Origin: an uncultured virus (IMG/VR IMGVR_UViG_3300025838_000029)
Taxonomy: Duplodnaviria; Heunggongvirae; Uroviricota; Caudoviricetes
IMG/VR virus record: IMGVR_UViG_3300025838_000029
Coordinates: 1-64,000 of that record
Strand: one strand, 5' to 3'
DNA length: 64,000 nucleotides
The position numbers and the translations under genes are program-made. The notes beneath the pieces are model-generated. The model had not been told where the DNA came from and did no database searches. It worked only from the letters and a program-made list of their open reading frames with translations. Within the stretch, counting starts at the first letter, position 1. Each line of letters begins with the position of its first letter. Below, one piece after another: positions 48,298 to 57,828 of the stretch.

Positions 48298-48702
48298 ATG
48301 GCTTATAACGCCGGTTCATATTTCTCCCCGAAATACTTTGCTAATAATTATTTTGCGACAGGAGTGGGGGTTGCTCCTTCAGGATATATGATTGCCTTTT
48401 TGTCAGGTTCTGGGGGTATATCAACATCAATAACTGGTATTGCAAACTTAGTATCTAATCTAACAGGGTCATCTTCATTAAATGGAGATATTACCGGCAC
48501 TCTTAATTTATCTGCATATCTTAGCGGAGAAGGTGATGTAAGCGGAGTTGTTATTGGTATTGGTTCAATGTCAGCAGCAATTAACGGTACGTCTAATGTA
48601 AAAGCTATCTTAACGTCTGGGGGTGGTGAAACTTCTCCTTCTTATCATGGTGGGTTCATAAAAAACACAGGTACGATGATGGGCCATGCCAGAATGAGTT
48701 AG
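48298..48702 (+). CDS. short Gly/Ser repeat fibre protein
   Basis: YF...YF...YF N-terminus, LSGSG repeats. Confidence 0.6.
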   Translation: MAYNAGSYFSPKYFANNYFATGVGVAPSGYMIAFLSGSGGISTSITGIANLVSNLTGSSSLNGDITGTLNLSAYLSGEGDVSGVVIGIGSMSAAINGTSNVKAILTSGGGETSPSYHGGFIKNTGTMMGHARMS

Positions 48703-48762
48703 TGAAGTTTCCATCATTTAATTCTTTGTGGTAATGTTCATTGTTTTGACAGAGGCGACAGC

Positions 48763-49890
48763 ATGACCCTTCCAACAACATCTGGGACTGTATCCCAATA
48801 TGGATTCACTCAAGGTCAGATAATCGATCATGCTTTTCGACGTGCAGGACTCCAACCTGAACAAGCGTCATCCGAGAATATCCAAATTGCCCAAGACTTG
48901 CTGTTCTCCATCCTTAGTGAGTGGAGCAATGCAGGCTTTCCTCTTTGGACAAAGCAATATCTGACCCTTGGTCCTGTTTTAGGATCTCCTGACGTTGCCT
49001 GCCCTCTTGGGACGGTTGATGTCATTCATGCCTATTGGCGAAACCTTAATCCATATAGGGGGCCTGCCGTTACAAGTGATGGTCAGGATGCAACGGTTTT
49101 ATTCGGTGGGACAGTAAACTCTGACATTACAATAACCGGAACAACACCGCATGTTCAGGTAAGCTTTGGAAGCTCGACGGGTTTATACACGGTTGGAGTT
49201 TTGTTAGGTGGGACTTCTTCGATAACCACTTCCTTGCAGATCCTTGGATCTAATAACAACGTGACCTATACGGTTGTTCAAACGCTTCCGAGCACGACAT
49301 TCACTCCGGGGGTTTGGCAATATTTTGACCTTAACCCTGTTCCCTCATATCCATATTTCCAGGTTCAATATGCTTCGGGAACGCCATGGGTTTTGAACCA
49401 ATTGAATTTTGGGTTGGCCAATGCCTCTGACATTATGATTGGTCCCTTAAACATTGATGACTACTACAATCTTCCTAGCAAATTCCAGCAAGGGGATCGT
49501 GCTGTATCGGCTTGGGTTGATCGTCAGTTAAATTACCCGGTCATCAAGCTTTGGAATGTTCCGAACCAATTAGCTTTCTACAATGGATTAGTGTCTGTTC
49601 TGACGCGACGGTATATCCAAGATCCCGGTCAGATGAGCAATGCGGTTGAGATTCCACAGCGATGCAATGAAGCTCTTATGTGGCGTCTTGCTTGTTCTTT
49701 GATCTATGAGATTAAAGATCGTGAGGATGCAAGTGCCGCCCAAGCGGGGTATATGGCTTTGATGCAAAGGCAGCAACGTATTCAGCAGATTGAAACAAAA
49801 GCAACAAAGGCTGAATCTTTAATGTGGGCGGAAGAGAGATCAAAAGGGCCGATTAAGATTATGCCAAGAACCAGATGCTACACCAGATGA
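48763..49890 (+). CDS. head-tail connector / tail tubular protein
   Basis: TTSGT, IIDHAFRRAG, SEWSN.G..LW, DDYYNLP.K, AEER. Confidence 0.7.
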   Translation: MTLPTTSGTVSQYGFTQGQIIDHAFRRAGLQPEQASSENIQIAQDLLFSILSEWSNAGFPLWTKQYLTLGPVLGSPDVACPLGTVDVIHAYWRNLNPYRGPAVTSDGQDATVLFGGTVNSDITITGTTPHVQVSFGSSTGLYTVGVLLGGTSSITTSLQILGSNNNVTYTVVQTLPSTTFTPGVWQYFDLNPVPSYPYFQVQYASGTPWVLNQLNFGLANASDIMIGPLNIDDYYNLPSKFQQGDRAVSAWVDRQLNYPVIKLWNVPNQLAFYNGLVSVLTRRYIQDPGQMSNAVEIPQRCNEALMWRLACSLIYEIKDREDASAAQAGYMALMQRQQRIQQIETKATKAESLMWAEERSKGPIKIMPRTRCYTR

Positions 49891-49908
49891 CCGGATAGAG
49901 ACTGAGTA

Positions 49909-50481
49909 ATGCCAAGGTACATCTCCACACAAGGTCTTTCCCCTATAGCCATTGGCATATGTGGGAGGTGTTCGAGAAAATTCCCGCTTGCGGATCTGAC
50001 GGAAGATGGAAACATTCCTGGGTTGTTAGTATGTCTTGAAGATTGGGATCGTATAGATCCGTGGAGATTGCCAGCTAGAGAGACAGAGGATATCTCTCTT
50101 CAGAATCCCAGACCTGACGTATCACTTAGTGTCGGACCTATGAATGTCGCTATTAACCCAATGCAGCTTGTGTTAGAGGCTGACAATATGGGTAATACGG
50201 TTGAGACGAATGATACTCTTCAAGAGATCGGTTTTGGCAATTCAGTTTCTACAATTTATCCATCAACTCCATGGTTGGCAAACACGGTATATTCAGAAGG
50301 TCAGCAAGTTACGCCAACCATAGCTACGGGGCTAACTGCTGCTGGTCAAAACATCTATATTTATGTATGTTTGTATGCCGGAACATCGGGGGTATCTGCG
50401 CCTAATTGGCCACCGAATGATGGCGCGTTGATCATTGATAATACCGTTCTTTGGAAAAATGCGGGGCTATATTTGCCATGA
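49909..50481 (+). CDS. conserved virion protein (CxRC) with C-terminal carbohydrate-binding-like motif
   Basis: AIGICGRC, DPWRLPAR, PRPD; W.ANT.Y..G, Y.C..AGTSG...PNWP. Confidence 0.65.
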   Translation: MPRYISTQGLSPIAIGICGRCSRKFPLADLTEDGNIPGLLVCLEDWDRIDPWRLPARETEDISLQNPRPDVSLSVGPMNVAINPMQLVLEADNMGNTVETNDTLQEIGFGNSVSTIYPSTPWLANTVYSEGQQVTPTIATGLTAAGQNIYIYVCLYAGTSGVSAPNWPPNDGALIIDNTVLWKNAGLYLP

Positions 50482-52217
50482 CATCGCCTGTTTTTATAAG
50501 CGCATTGCCAGCAGCGACTTCATGGGGGAGCGGTGATTATACGTTAGTTTCACAACAGGGCGGGATAACTAAGAAGATTGGCATAAGTGCCATATTCACC
50601 GTTGGTACACCTGGATATACGCCAAGCGGATCTAATGCCGCACAATTCACCGGAAACTCTAATAGCTATTATCAGATATCAATTCAGAACACGAACACAG
50701 GAACTTCTGCATCCTCAGACTTCGTGGCCACTTCTGACACTGGTAACGATGTAACTCATTATGCTGATTTTGGGATTAACAATAGTATCGGTGGCACGAC
50801 GCCATTTCCCAATCCATATTCCGGATATCTCTATGTCACAGACTCTGAATTGGATTTCGGTGTTTTAGGTAATGCCGGGGTTATTAATTTCTACGCAACC
50901 GGGGGAATGACTGCTCCTTATTATGTCGGGTCGATTAATTCTACCGGGCTTAATAATATGGCGATTGGTAATGCAACGCCATCCACAGGGAAATTCACGA
51001 CTCTTTCTGCATCTGGGAATGTTACGGGTAGCCAGCTTGTTTCAACGATCTCTGGTCAGCCGCCGCTGGTTGTTGGTTCTACCTCACAAGTTGCAAACTT
51101 AAATGCTCAATATCTTGGCGGATATCTTCCGTCGTCATTTGCCAACGTCACGCTTCCAAACACATGGATGCAAACGCAGACCTTTGCAGATGGCGGGGCT
51201 TGGAGTTCGACGGGGATACTTACGACCTATGCAGATATAGGTAACATGGGGACAGAAGGATCAAGCATCCTTCTAAATGGCGCGACTTATACTGCCGTCC
51301 TTAAAGCCTCTGATATTGGGGCGATGAATCCTGTTCAAGAGATTCTGCATCGTCATTCGACTTCGTTAGAACCTATTTTCATGGGTGCTCGGAGTAACTC
51401 AGATACATCGGCTCATGCGAATGTAACGAATGGACAGAATGTTCTGACGTTTATGGGATCTGGGTATGCTGGAACTAACGGATATGAGCAATTTGCCAGC
51501 ATAAACTTTGCTGTATCCAGTACGGGATCTATCAGCAATTCGTCATCTCCTGGCGCGATTAAGTTCAATACGACGCCAAATGGCAATAACTTCCCTGTGA
51601 CGGCGGTAACGATAGACCAAGATCAAAGCGTGACATTATCAGGGGCATTCAAACTTCCTGGTGGCACATTTTCTATTGGCGGCAACACGACCTTCTCTGG
51701 GGCATATACCTTTACTGGGACGGTGACGAATAATACGACGGTGACGTTCCCAACAACGGGGACATTGTTAACGACCACAGGCTCTGGTTCGTCTCTGACC
51801 TTCGGGACAGGTTCTCTGTCGCTTGCTGGAAACCTGACAACCTCTGGCGCTTACAACATCGGCTTTACGATGCCGGGGGCTTATACCTACACGTTCCCAT
51901 CATCGACAAGCACTCTTGCTATTCTTGGTGCTAACACGTTTACAGGGAAGCAAACGACGGTTGCCAGCGCCAGTGGTGCTGCTGGCCTTAATCTTCCTCC
52001 TGGTGCGGCCCCATCGGCGCCAGTTAATGGCGACATTTGGACAACGACAGCGGGTATTTACGTACAGATAAATGGTGGTACAGTTGGCCCACTTTCTGCG
52101 GGTGGAAGTGCTATCACTGCCCTTACCGGCGATGTGACAGCTTCTGGAAGTGGTAGTGTTGCGGCTGCATTGGCATTGACGCCACAGACAGAGTTAATAT
52201 CGTTATGGTTGAGGTGA
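50478..52217 (+). CDS. tail fibre protein (S/T/G-rich)
   Basis: ISALPAA, IGNATPSTGKFTTL, VANLNA, APSAPVNGDIWTT, LTGDVTASG. Confidence 0.75.
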   Translation: MTSPVFISALPAATSWGSGDYTLVSQQGGITKKIGISAIFTVGTPGYTPSGSNAAQFTGNSNSYYQISIQNTNTGTSASSDFVATSDTGNDVTHYADFGINNSIGGTTPFPNPYSGYLYVTDSELDFGVLGNAGVINFYATGGMTAPYYVGSINSTGLNNMAIGNATPSTGKFTTLSASGNVTGSQLVSTISGQPPLVVGSTSQVANLNAQYLGGYLPSSFANVTLPNTWMQTQTFADGGAWSSTGILTTYADIGNMGTEGSSILLNGATYTAVLKASDIGAMNPVQEILHRHSTSLEPIFMGARSNSDTSAHANVTNGQNVLTFMGSGYAGTNGYEQFASINFAVSSTGSISNSSSPGAIKFNTTPNGNNFPVTAVTIDQDQSVTLSGAFKLPGGTFSIGGNTTFSGAYTFTGTVTNNTTVTFPTTGTLLTTTGSGSSLTFGTGSLSLAGNLTTSGAYNIGFTMPGAYTYTFPSSTSTLAILGANTFTGKQTTVASASGAAGLNLPPGAAPSAPVNGDIWTTTAGIYVQINGGTVGPLSAGGSAITALTGDVTASGSGSVAAALALTPQTELISLWLR

Positions 52218-52221
52218 TAGC

Positions 52222-52575
52222 ATGGCTTCTTTAACTAAGATTGTTTTAAGTGGCGCGACTTACGGGGCGCCGATTCCTGTTGCGGGAACAACGATAACAT
52301 CGCCTACGACGATCCACACTTCGATTAATACGACAACTGCGGGGTTGGGTGATGAGGTCGTTCTCTACTGTGCAAACGTCGATACCGTTTCGCATACGTT
52401 GACGCTTGGAATCGGTGGGACGGTGACGGCTAACTTGGCTTATTTCATCGTTGCAGCGAATACAACGGCCCAAGTTCTTCCGGGGCATCTGCTTCTAAAT
52501 GCACAGATTTTATATGCCGTGTGTGACGTGACAAATAAAATGAATGTGTTTGGCTACTGCATTAGGTCTTCGTGA
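52222..52575 (+). CDS. small tail-associated protein
   Basis: LSG.T.G.PI.V, DEVVLYC.N, NVFGY. Confidence 0.65.
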   Translation: MASLTKIVLSGATYGAPIPVAGTTITSPTTIHTSINTTTAGLGDEVVLYCANVDTVSHTLTLGIGGTVTANLAYFIVAANTTAQVLPGHLLLNAQILYAVCDVTNKMNVFGYCIRSS

Positions 52576-52646
52576 GTCATTATGGACGAACTCTCTCTAC
52601 AATATGCGGCATCACGCCTTTATAGCAAACAATATGGGGGTTTGCT

Positions 52647-53306
52647 ATGGCTACTAGCGTAACCTACAATACTCTGGTTCAGGACGTTCAGGCATATCTG
52701 GAGCGTGGCGCATCCTCTACGACTGATGCAACGGTTACGGCGCAGATCCCAAGGCTTATCAACGCAGCAGAGCGCAAGCTGGCTCAAATCCTCAAGCTTC
52801 TAGGTCAGATTGAGGTTTTATCTGACGTAACAGGACTCACTCCGGGGAATCCCGTTATTCCAAAGCCTGACAGGTGGCGCCAGACTGTATCTATGAATTA
52901 TGGGGCAAGCTCGGATTCTAACTTTAGAACGCCCTTGTTTCCTAGAAGCTATGAATATTGCAGAACATATTGGCCGGATGACTCCCTGACTTCTCCGCCA
53001 AAGTTTTACGCTGACTATGGGTATACATCGTGGCTTATCGTCCCGACGCCTGATGTCACCTACCCCTTGGAGATCACTTGCTATATGCAGCCTCCTTTGT
53101 TGGATGCGAATAACCAATCTAACTTTTGGACGATATATTGCCCGAATGCTCTCCTTTATGGGACACTGGTTGAGGCAATGCCCTTCCTGAAGAATGATGA
53201 ACGTATTCCTGTTTGGGAAAATATGTATAAGGCGGAGATCGCCACATTAAGCGGTCAGGATCTGCAACGGCAAATGGACCGGGCATCAGAGCGGAGGACC
53301 GTCTAA
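52647..53306 (+). CDS. head-tail adaptor protein
   Basis: TY..LVQDVQ.YLER, PTPD..Y, P.ALLYG.LVEA.PFLKNDER. Confidence 0.75.
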   Translation: MATSVTYNTLVQDVQAYLERGASSTTDATVTAQIPRLINAAERKLAQILKLLGQIEVLSDVTGLTPGNPVIPKPDRWRQTVSMNYGASSDSNFRTPLFPRSYEYCRTYWPDDSLTSPPKFYADYGYTSWLIVPTPDVTYPLEITCYMQPPLLDANNQSNFWTIYCPNALLYGTLVEAMPFLKNDERIPVWENMYKAEIATLSGQDLQRQMDRASERRTV

Positions 53307-54176
53307 ATGGCTGGGGGAAATTTTACAAATGTCTTCGGCGGTCAGGTAGTCCGACCTTCTCAATTGAGTTATCAGTCTATAACGATGTCGAGCAATACGA
53401 CCTTGTTATGGCCTACAGAGAGTTTGGAAGGCGCGGTTTATGTTGCCTCTGAAATCGATGTGACTGCAACGGCAACGCATTTGGCTTTGCTAATGCCGAG
53501 TGCTTTGATTGCAGCAACGGGACCGGCGACGACGATAACGAATGTCGGAACGAATACCTTCTCTGTTGCAGATAATACGGGGAACACAATCGTTAACATC
53601 GCTAGTGGTCAGGCTTGGATTATCACTCTCACGTCTAATACGACACAAGCGGGGACGTGGAGAACTTTACAGTTAGGATCAACGACGACTTCGGCGGTGG
53701 CTTCTCAGTTGGCCGATGGGATTACGACTCAAGCCACAACACTGAACACGCTTCAGGTAGCTGAGTTTGTAAATACGTATTCCAATAGTGCCTTGCTGAC
53801 GGCGGCAGTAAGGGGTGGTTGTTCGGTATTGGCTTCTGGTTCTGCTGCATCGACTTTTCAGATGGATTTGATTTTTAACCTTGGGGCTGGCTGGTATCAG
53901 GACATCGTAAATTTGAGTGGCAATACGTTGACTTTGTCGGGGTCATCGGGGCAGTTATTAAACTCGGCGCCGACCTTTGCGATGAGTGCTGGATCTTCAG
54001 CTAGGGTAATTGCGGGGGCATCATCGTTTACGGTTATCAACAATGTGAATGTGTCTGCGTTTGGTGTGGTAAATTCTGTTTTAGGGGGCAGCGGTATTCT
54101 TGCTTCAGGATCTACCGTGATAACTGTAAGTGTGATTGATAACTACATGGAGTTGGCGCCGATATGGTGGCGCTAG
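53307..54176 (+). CDS. tail protein (S/T-rich)
   Basis: FTNVFGG....PS..SY, L.WP. Confidence 0.65.
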   Translation: MAGGNFTNVFGGQVVRPSQLSYQSITMSSNTTLLWPTESLEGAVYVASEIDVTATATHLALLMPSALIAATGPATTITNVGTNTFSVADNTGNTIVNIASGQAWIITLTSNTTQAGTWRTLQLGSTTTSAVASQLADGITTQATTLNTLQVAEFVNTYSNSALLTAAVRGGCSVLASGSAASTFQMDLIFNLGAGWYQDIVNLSGNTLTLSGSSGQLLNSAPTFAMSAGSSARVIAGASSFTVINNVNVSAFGVVNSVLGGSGILASGSTVITVSVIDNYMELAPIWWR

Positions 54177-54200
54177 GATAGATAGATAAAGGTAACGGTT

Positions 54201-54587
54201 ATGAGTGATCGTCAGATAGGTCTGAATGTAGTCTTAGGACAACCGATAGCCAGCGTTGGCGTCAACGGTGTCGGCTACCTGAGCATTCCCCAGAACTCTC
54301 AGAACGCCGGTTATACCTGTGTCCTTGGTGACGCGGGGTATCACATCTATATGGCGACGGCGGGGACATTCACGATCCCGTCAAACGCGAGTGTGGCCTA
54401 TCCGATTGGAACGGTGATTGCCTTCGTTAACCTGTCAGCATCCTCCAGCATCGCCATCACATCCGATACGATGTACCTGATGGGGTCTGGGTCTACCGGT
54501 ACACGTACTCTAGCCCAATACGGCTGTGCGACGGCGCTAAAGACCGGCACAACCACATGGATCATCTCTGGTACAGGGTTAACTTGA
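54201..54587 (+). CDS. tail-fibre tip/adaptor domain protein
   Basis: IPQNSQ..YT.VL.DAG, TIP.NASVAYPIGT, RTLAQYG.ATALK..TTWIISGTGLT. Confidence 0.7.
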   Translation: MSDRQIGLNVVLGQPIASVGVNGVGYLSIPQNSQNAGYTCVLGDAGYHIYMATAGTFTIPSNASVAYPIGTVIAFVNLSASSSIAITSDTMYLMGSGSTGTRTLAQYGCATALKTGTTTWIISGTGLT

Positions 54588-54588
54588 T

Positions 54589-57500
54589 ATGTCAGGGGTA
54601 ACTTCCGCATTACTCTGGGGCGGCAAAGCACCGGCAGCAGTGGGTCTGTTGGCGTGGGGGAATAATTCTTATGGTCAGCTAGGTCTTGGGAATACGACTT
54701 ATTATTCAAGTCCTAAACAAGTTGGAGCGTTAACAAACTGGTCTAGCATTGTTGGTGGCGCCTATCATGGTGTTTCTATAAAGTCTGATGGCACTCTATG
54801 GGCGTGGGGATTAAATCAATATGGTCAATTAGGTTTAGGAAATAGAACTTATTATTCCTCTCCAAAGCAAATCGGCGCTTTAACGAATTGGTCAAAAGTT
54901 GCTTGTGGCGGAAGGTTTACGACGGCCATTAAAACTGACGGAACCCTATGGACTTGGGGGTTTAATAATAATGGTCAACTTGGTTTAGGAAATAGAACTT
55001 ATTATTCTTCTCCAAAGCAAATCGGAGCTTTAACTAATTGGTTAAAAGTCGCTTGTGGGTACTATCACACAATAGCGATAAAAACAGACGGAACACTATG
55101 GACTTGGGGACTAAATCAATATGGTCAGTTAGGTTTAGGAAATATCACGAATTATTCTTCTCCGAAACAAGTTGGATTATTAACAAACTGGTCCAGTTGC
55201 GCTGGAGGGCAATCTCATACAATTGCCATTAAAACAGATGGGACTCTATGGACTTGGGGGTGGAACATTTTTGGTCAATTAGGGCTTGGAAACATTACGA
55301 ATTATTCTTCTCCGAAACAAGTCGGCTTATTAACAAACTGGTCCAGTTGCGCTGGAGGGCATTATCATATAGTGGCAATTAAAACAGACGGCACCTTGTG
55401 GTCCTGGGGAAGAAACAATTTTGGTCAATTAGGGCTTGGAAACATTACGAATTATTCTTCTCCGAAACAAGTCGGCTTATTAACAAACTGGTCTAGTTGC
55501 TCTGGAGGGCAATATCATACAGTTGCCATTAAAACAGATGGGACTCTATGGACTTGGGGGTGGAACATTTTTGGTCAGCTTGGTTTAGGAAATATAACTT
55601 ATTATTCCTCTCCAAAACAAGTTGGATCTCTTACTTCATGGGTAAAAGTCGCTTGTGGTTTTAACCAAACCCTCGCCATAGGCCGCCCCGTCCCCGTTGG
55701 CCTGATGTCGTGGGGGTATAATGGTTCTGGGCAGTTAGGTTTAGGAAATACGACTTATTATTCCAGTCCTAAAGCTGTGGGACAGTTGACGAACTGGTCA
55801 AAAATAGCAACAGGTAATACTTTTGTAGCTATAAAAACTGATGGGACACTTTGGGTTGGGGGATGGAATAATAATGGTCAATTAGGGCTTGGAAACATCA
55901 CTTATTATTCTTCGCCTAAACAGGTTGGGGCATTGACTAACTGGTCTAGTGTGGCTTGCGGTCAATCCTCTACGGCAGCAATTAAAACTGACGGCACCTT
56001 GTGGTCCTGGGGAGGGAATCAATACGGTCAACTTGGTCTTGGAAATACCACAAGCTATTCAAGCCCCAAACAGGTAGGTGGTCTAACTAACTGGTTGGCT
56101 CTCGCTTGTGGTGAATACTTTGCTATTGCCACCAAGACTGATGGCACATTATGGGCGTGGGGGCAGAATAATAGCGGTCAGTTAGGTCTTGGGAACAGAA
56201 CCCATTATTCTTCTCCTAAACAAATAGGCGCTTTAACAAATTGGTTAAGTGTTGCCTGTGGGAACTATTACGTTTTATCAATTAAGACTGATGGATCTCT
56301 ATGGGCTTGGGGTCAAAATAACTATGGTCAATTAGGGCTTGGAAATCAGACTTATTATTCTAGTCCCAAGCAAGTCGGTGGCCTGACGAATTGGTTAAAA
56401 GCTGTCCCTGGTGGTGGATACTTTGCTATTGCCACCAAGACTGATGGAACTTTATGGGCTTGGGGAAACAACCGATACGGCTCGTTAGGTCTTGGGAACA
56501 TTACGAATTATTCTTCTCCAAAGCAAATCGGAGCTTTAACTAATTGGTTAAAAGTCGCTTGTGGGAGCTATCACGTTTTATCAATTAAGACTGATGGATC
56601 TCTATGGGCTTGGGGATTAAATAATTATGGTCAATTAGGGCTTGGAAACATTACGAATTACTCCTCCCCCAAGCAAGTCGGCTCCCTCACCACATGGCAG
56701 AACGTCGCCTGCGGGCATTTTTCTGTCCTCGCCACGATAGTCCCCGTATCGCCGGGGCTGGCGGCTTGGGGGCAGAATAATTATGGTCAGCTAGGTCTTG
56801 GGAATCGGACTTATTACTCTTCGCCTAAACAGGTTGGAGCGTTAACTAACTGGTCTAGCATTGCTGGCGGCATCTCTCATGTTGTTTCTATAAAGTCTGA
56901 TGGAACCTTGTGGGCGTGGGGGGCTAATAACAATGGTCAGCTAGGTCTTGGGAATCGGACTTATTATTCAAGTCCTAAACAAGTTGGCGTTTTAACGAAT
57001 TGGTCAAAAGTCGCTTGTGGGTACCTTAGCACAATGGCGATAAAAACTGACGGAACCTTGTGGGCATGGGGTCAAAATGCCCTTGGACAATTAGGGCTTG
57101 GGACCATTACGAATTATTCTTCTCCAAAGCAAATCGGAGCTTTAACTAATTGGTTAAAAGTCGCTTGTGGGTACTATCACACAATAGCGATAAAAACAGA
57201 CGGCACTTTATGGACTTGGGGGTATAACTACTATGGTCAGTTAGGTTTAGGAAATATAACTTATTATTCCTCTCCGAAACAAGTCGGCTTATTAACAAAC
57301 TGGTCCAGTTGCGCTGGATGGCAGTATTTTACAGTTGCCACCAAAACAGATGGCACTTTATGGACTTGGGGTCAAAATGCCTATGGTCAATTAGGGCTCG
57401 GAAACATTACGAATTATTCTTCTCCAAAGCAGGTTGGAGCGTTAACTAACTGGTCTAGCATTGCTGGCGGCATCTCTCATGTTGTTTCTATAAAGTCTGA

Positions 57501-57810
57501 TGGAACCTTGTGGTCCTGGGGGTATAATAACTTAGGTCAGTTAGGTTTAGGGAATCGGACTTATTATTCAAGTCCTAAACAAGTTGGCGTTTTAACGAAT
57601 TGGTCAAGCGTTGCTTGTGGCGGAAGGTTTACGACGACCATTAAAACTGACGGAACCTTGTGGGCATGGGGTCAAAATGCCTATGGTCAATTAGGGCTCG
57701 GAAACATTACGAATTATTCTTCTCCAAAGCAAATCGGAGCTTTAACTAATTGGTTAAAAGTCGCTTGTGGTGGATATACTACCATCGCCACCTTTGGGGT
57801 AATGACGTAA
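54589..57810 (+). CDS. RCC1/BLIP-II repeat protein, 21 repeats (3 x 7-bladed propellers)
   Basis: About 50-aa repeat IKTDGTLW.WG.N..GQLGLGN.T.YSSPKQVG.LTNW..VACG; linkers GRPVPVG and IVPVSPG after repeats 7 and 14. Confidence 0.95.
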   Translation: MSGVTSALLWGGKAPAAVGLLAWGNNSYGQLGLGNTTYYSSPKQVGALTNWSSIVGGAYHGVSIKSDGTLWAWGLNQYGQLGLGNRTYYSSPKQIGALTNWSKVACGGRFTTAIKTDGTLWTWGFNNNGQLGLGNRTYYSSPKQIGALTNWLKVACGYYHTIAIKTDGTLWTWGLNQYGQLGLGNITNYSSPKQVGLLTNWSSCAGGQSHTIAIKTDGTLWTWGWNIFGQLGLGNITNYSSPKQVGLLTNWSSCAGGHYHIVAIKTDGTLWSWGRNNFGQLGLGNITNYSSPKQVGLLTNWSSCSGGQYHTVAIKTDGTLWTWGWNIFGQLGLGNITYYSSPKQVGSLTSWVKVACGFNQTLAIGRPVPVGLMSWGYNGSGQLGLGNTTYYSSPKAVGQLTNWSKIATGNTFVAIKTDGTLWVGGWNNNGQLGLGNITYYSSPKQVGALTNWSSVACGQSSTAAIKTDGTLWSWGGNQYGQLGLGNTTSYSSPKQVGGLTNWLALACGEYFAIATKTDGTLWAWGQNNSGQLGLGNRTHYSSPKQIGALTNWLSVACGNYYVLSIKTDGSLWAWGQNNYGQLGLGNQTYYSSPKQVGGLTNWLKAVPGGGYFAIATKTDGTLWAWGNNRYGSLGLGNITNYSSPKQIGALTNWLKVACGSYHVLSIKTDGSLWAWGLNNYGQLGLGNITNYSSPKQVGSLTTWQNVACGHFSVLATIVPVSPGLAAWGQNNYGQLGLGNRTYYSSPKQVGALTNWSSIAGGISHVVSIKSDGTLWAWGANNNGQLGLGNRTYYSSPKQVGVLTNWSKVACGYLSTMAIKTDGTLWAWGQNALGQLGLGTITNYSSPKQIGALTNWLKVACGYYHTIAIKTDGTLWTWGYNYYGQLGLGNITYYSSPKQVGLLTNWSSCAGWQYFTVATKTDGTLWTWGQNAYGQLGLGNITNYSSPKQVGALTNWSSIAGGISHVVSIKSDGTLWSWGYNNLGQLGLGNRTYYSSPKQVGVLTNWSSVACGGRFTTTIKTDGTLWAWGQNAYGQLGLGNITNYSSPKQIGALTNWLKVACGGYTTIATFGVMT

Positions 57811-57828
57811 TTCAACGAAGGAGTTTTT

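Noticed and set aside
54589..57810. Diversity-generating retroelement target
   Set aside because: No reverse transcriptase or non-coding template repeat in the window, and the variation is not adenine-restricted (TGG and CAA codons, synonymous changes at all bases)
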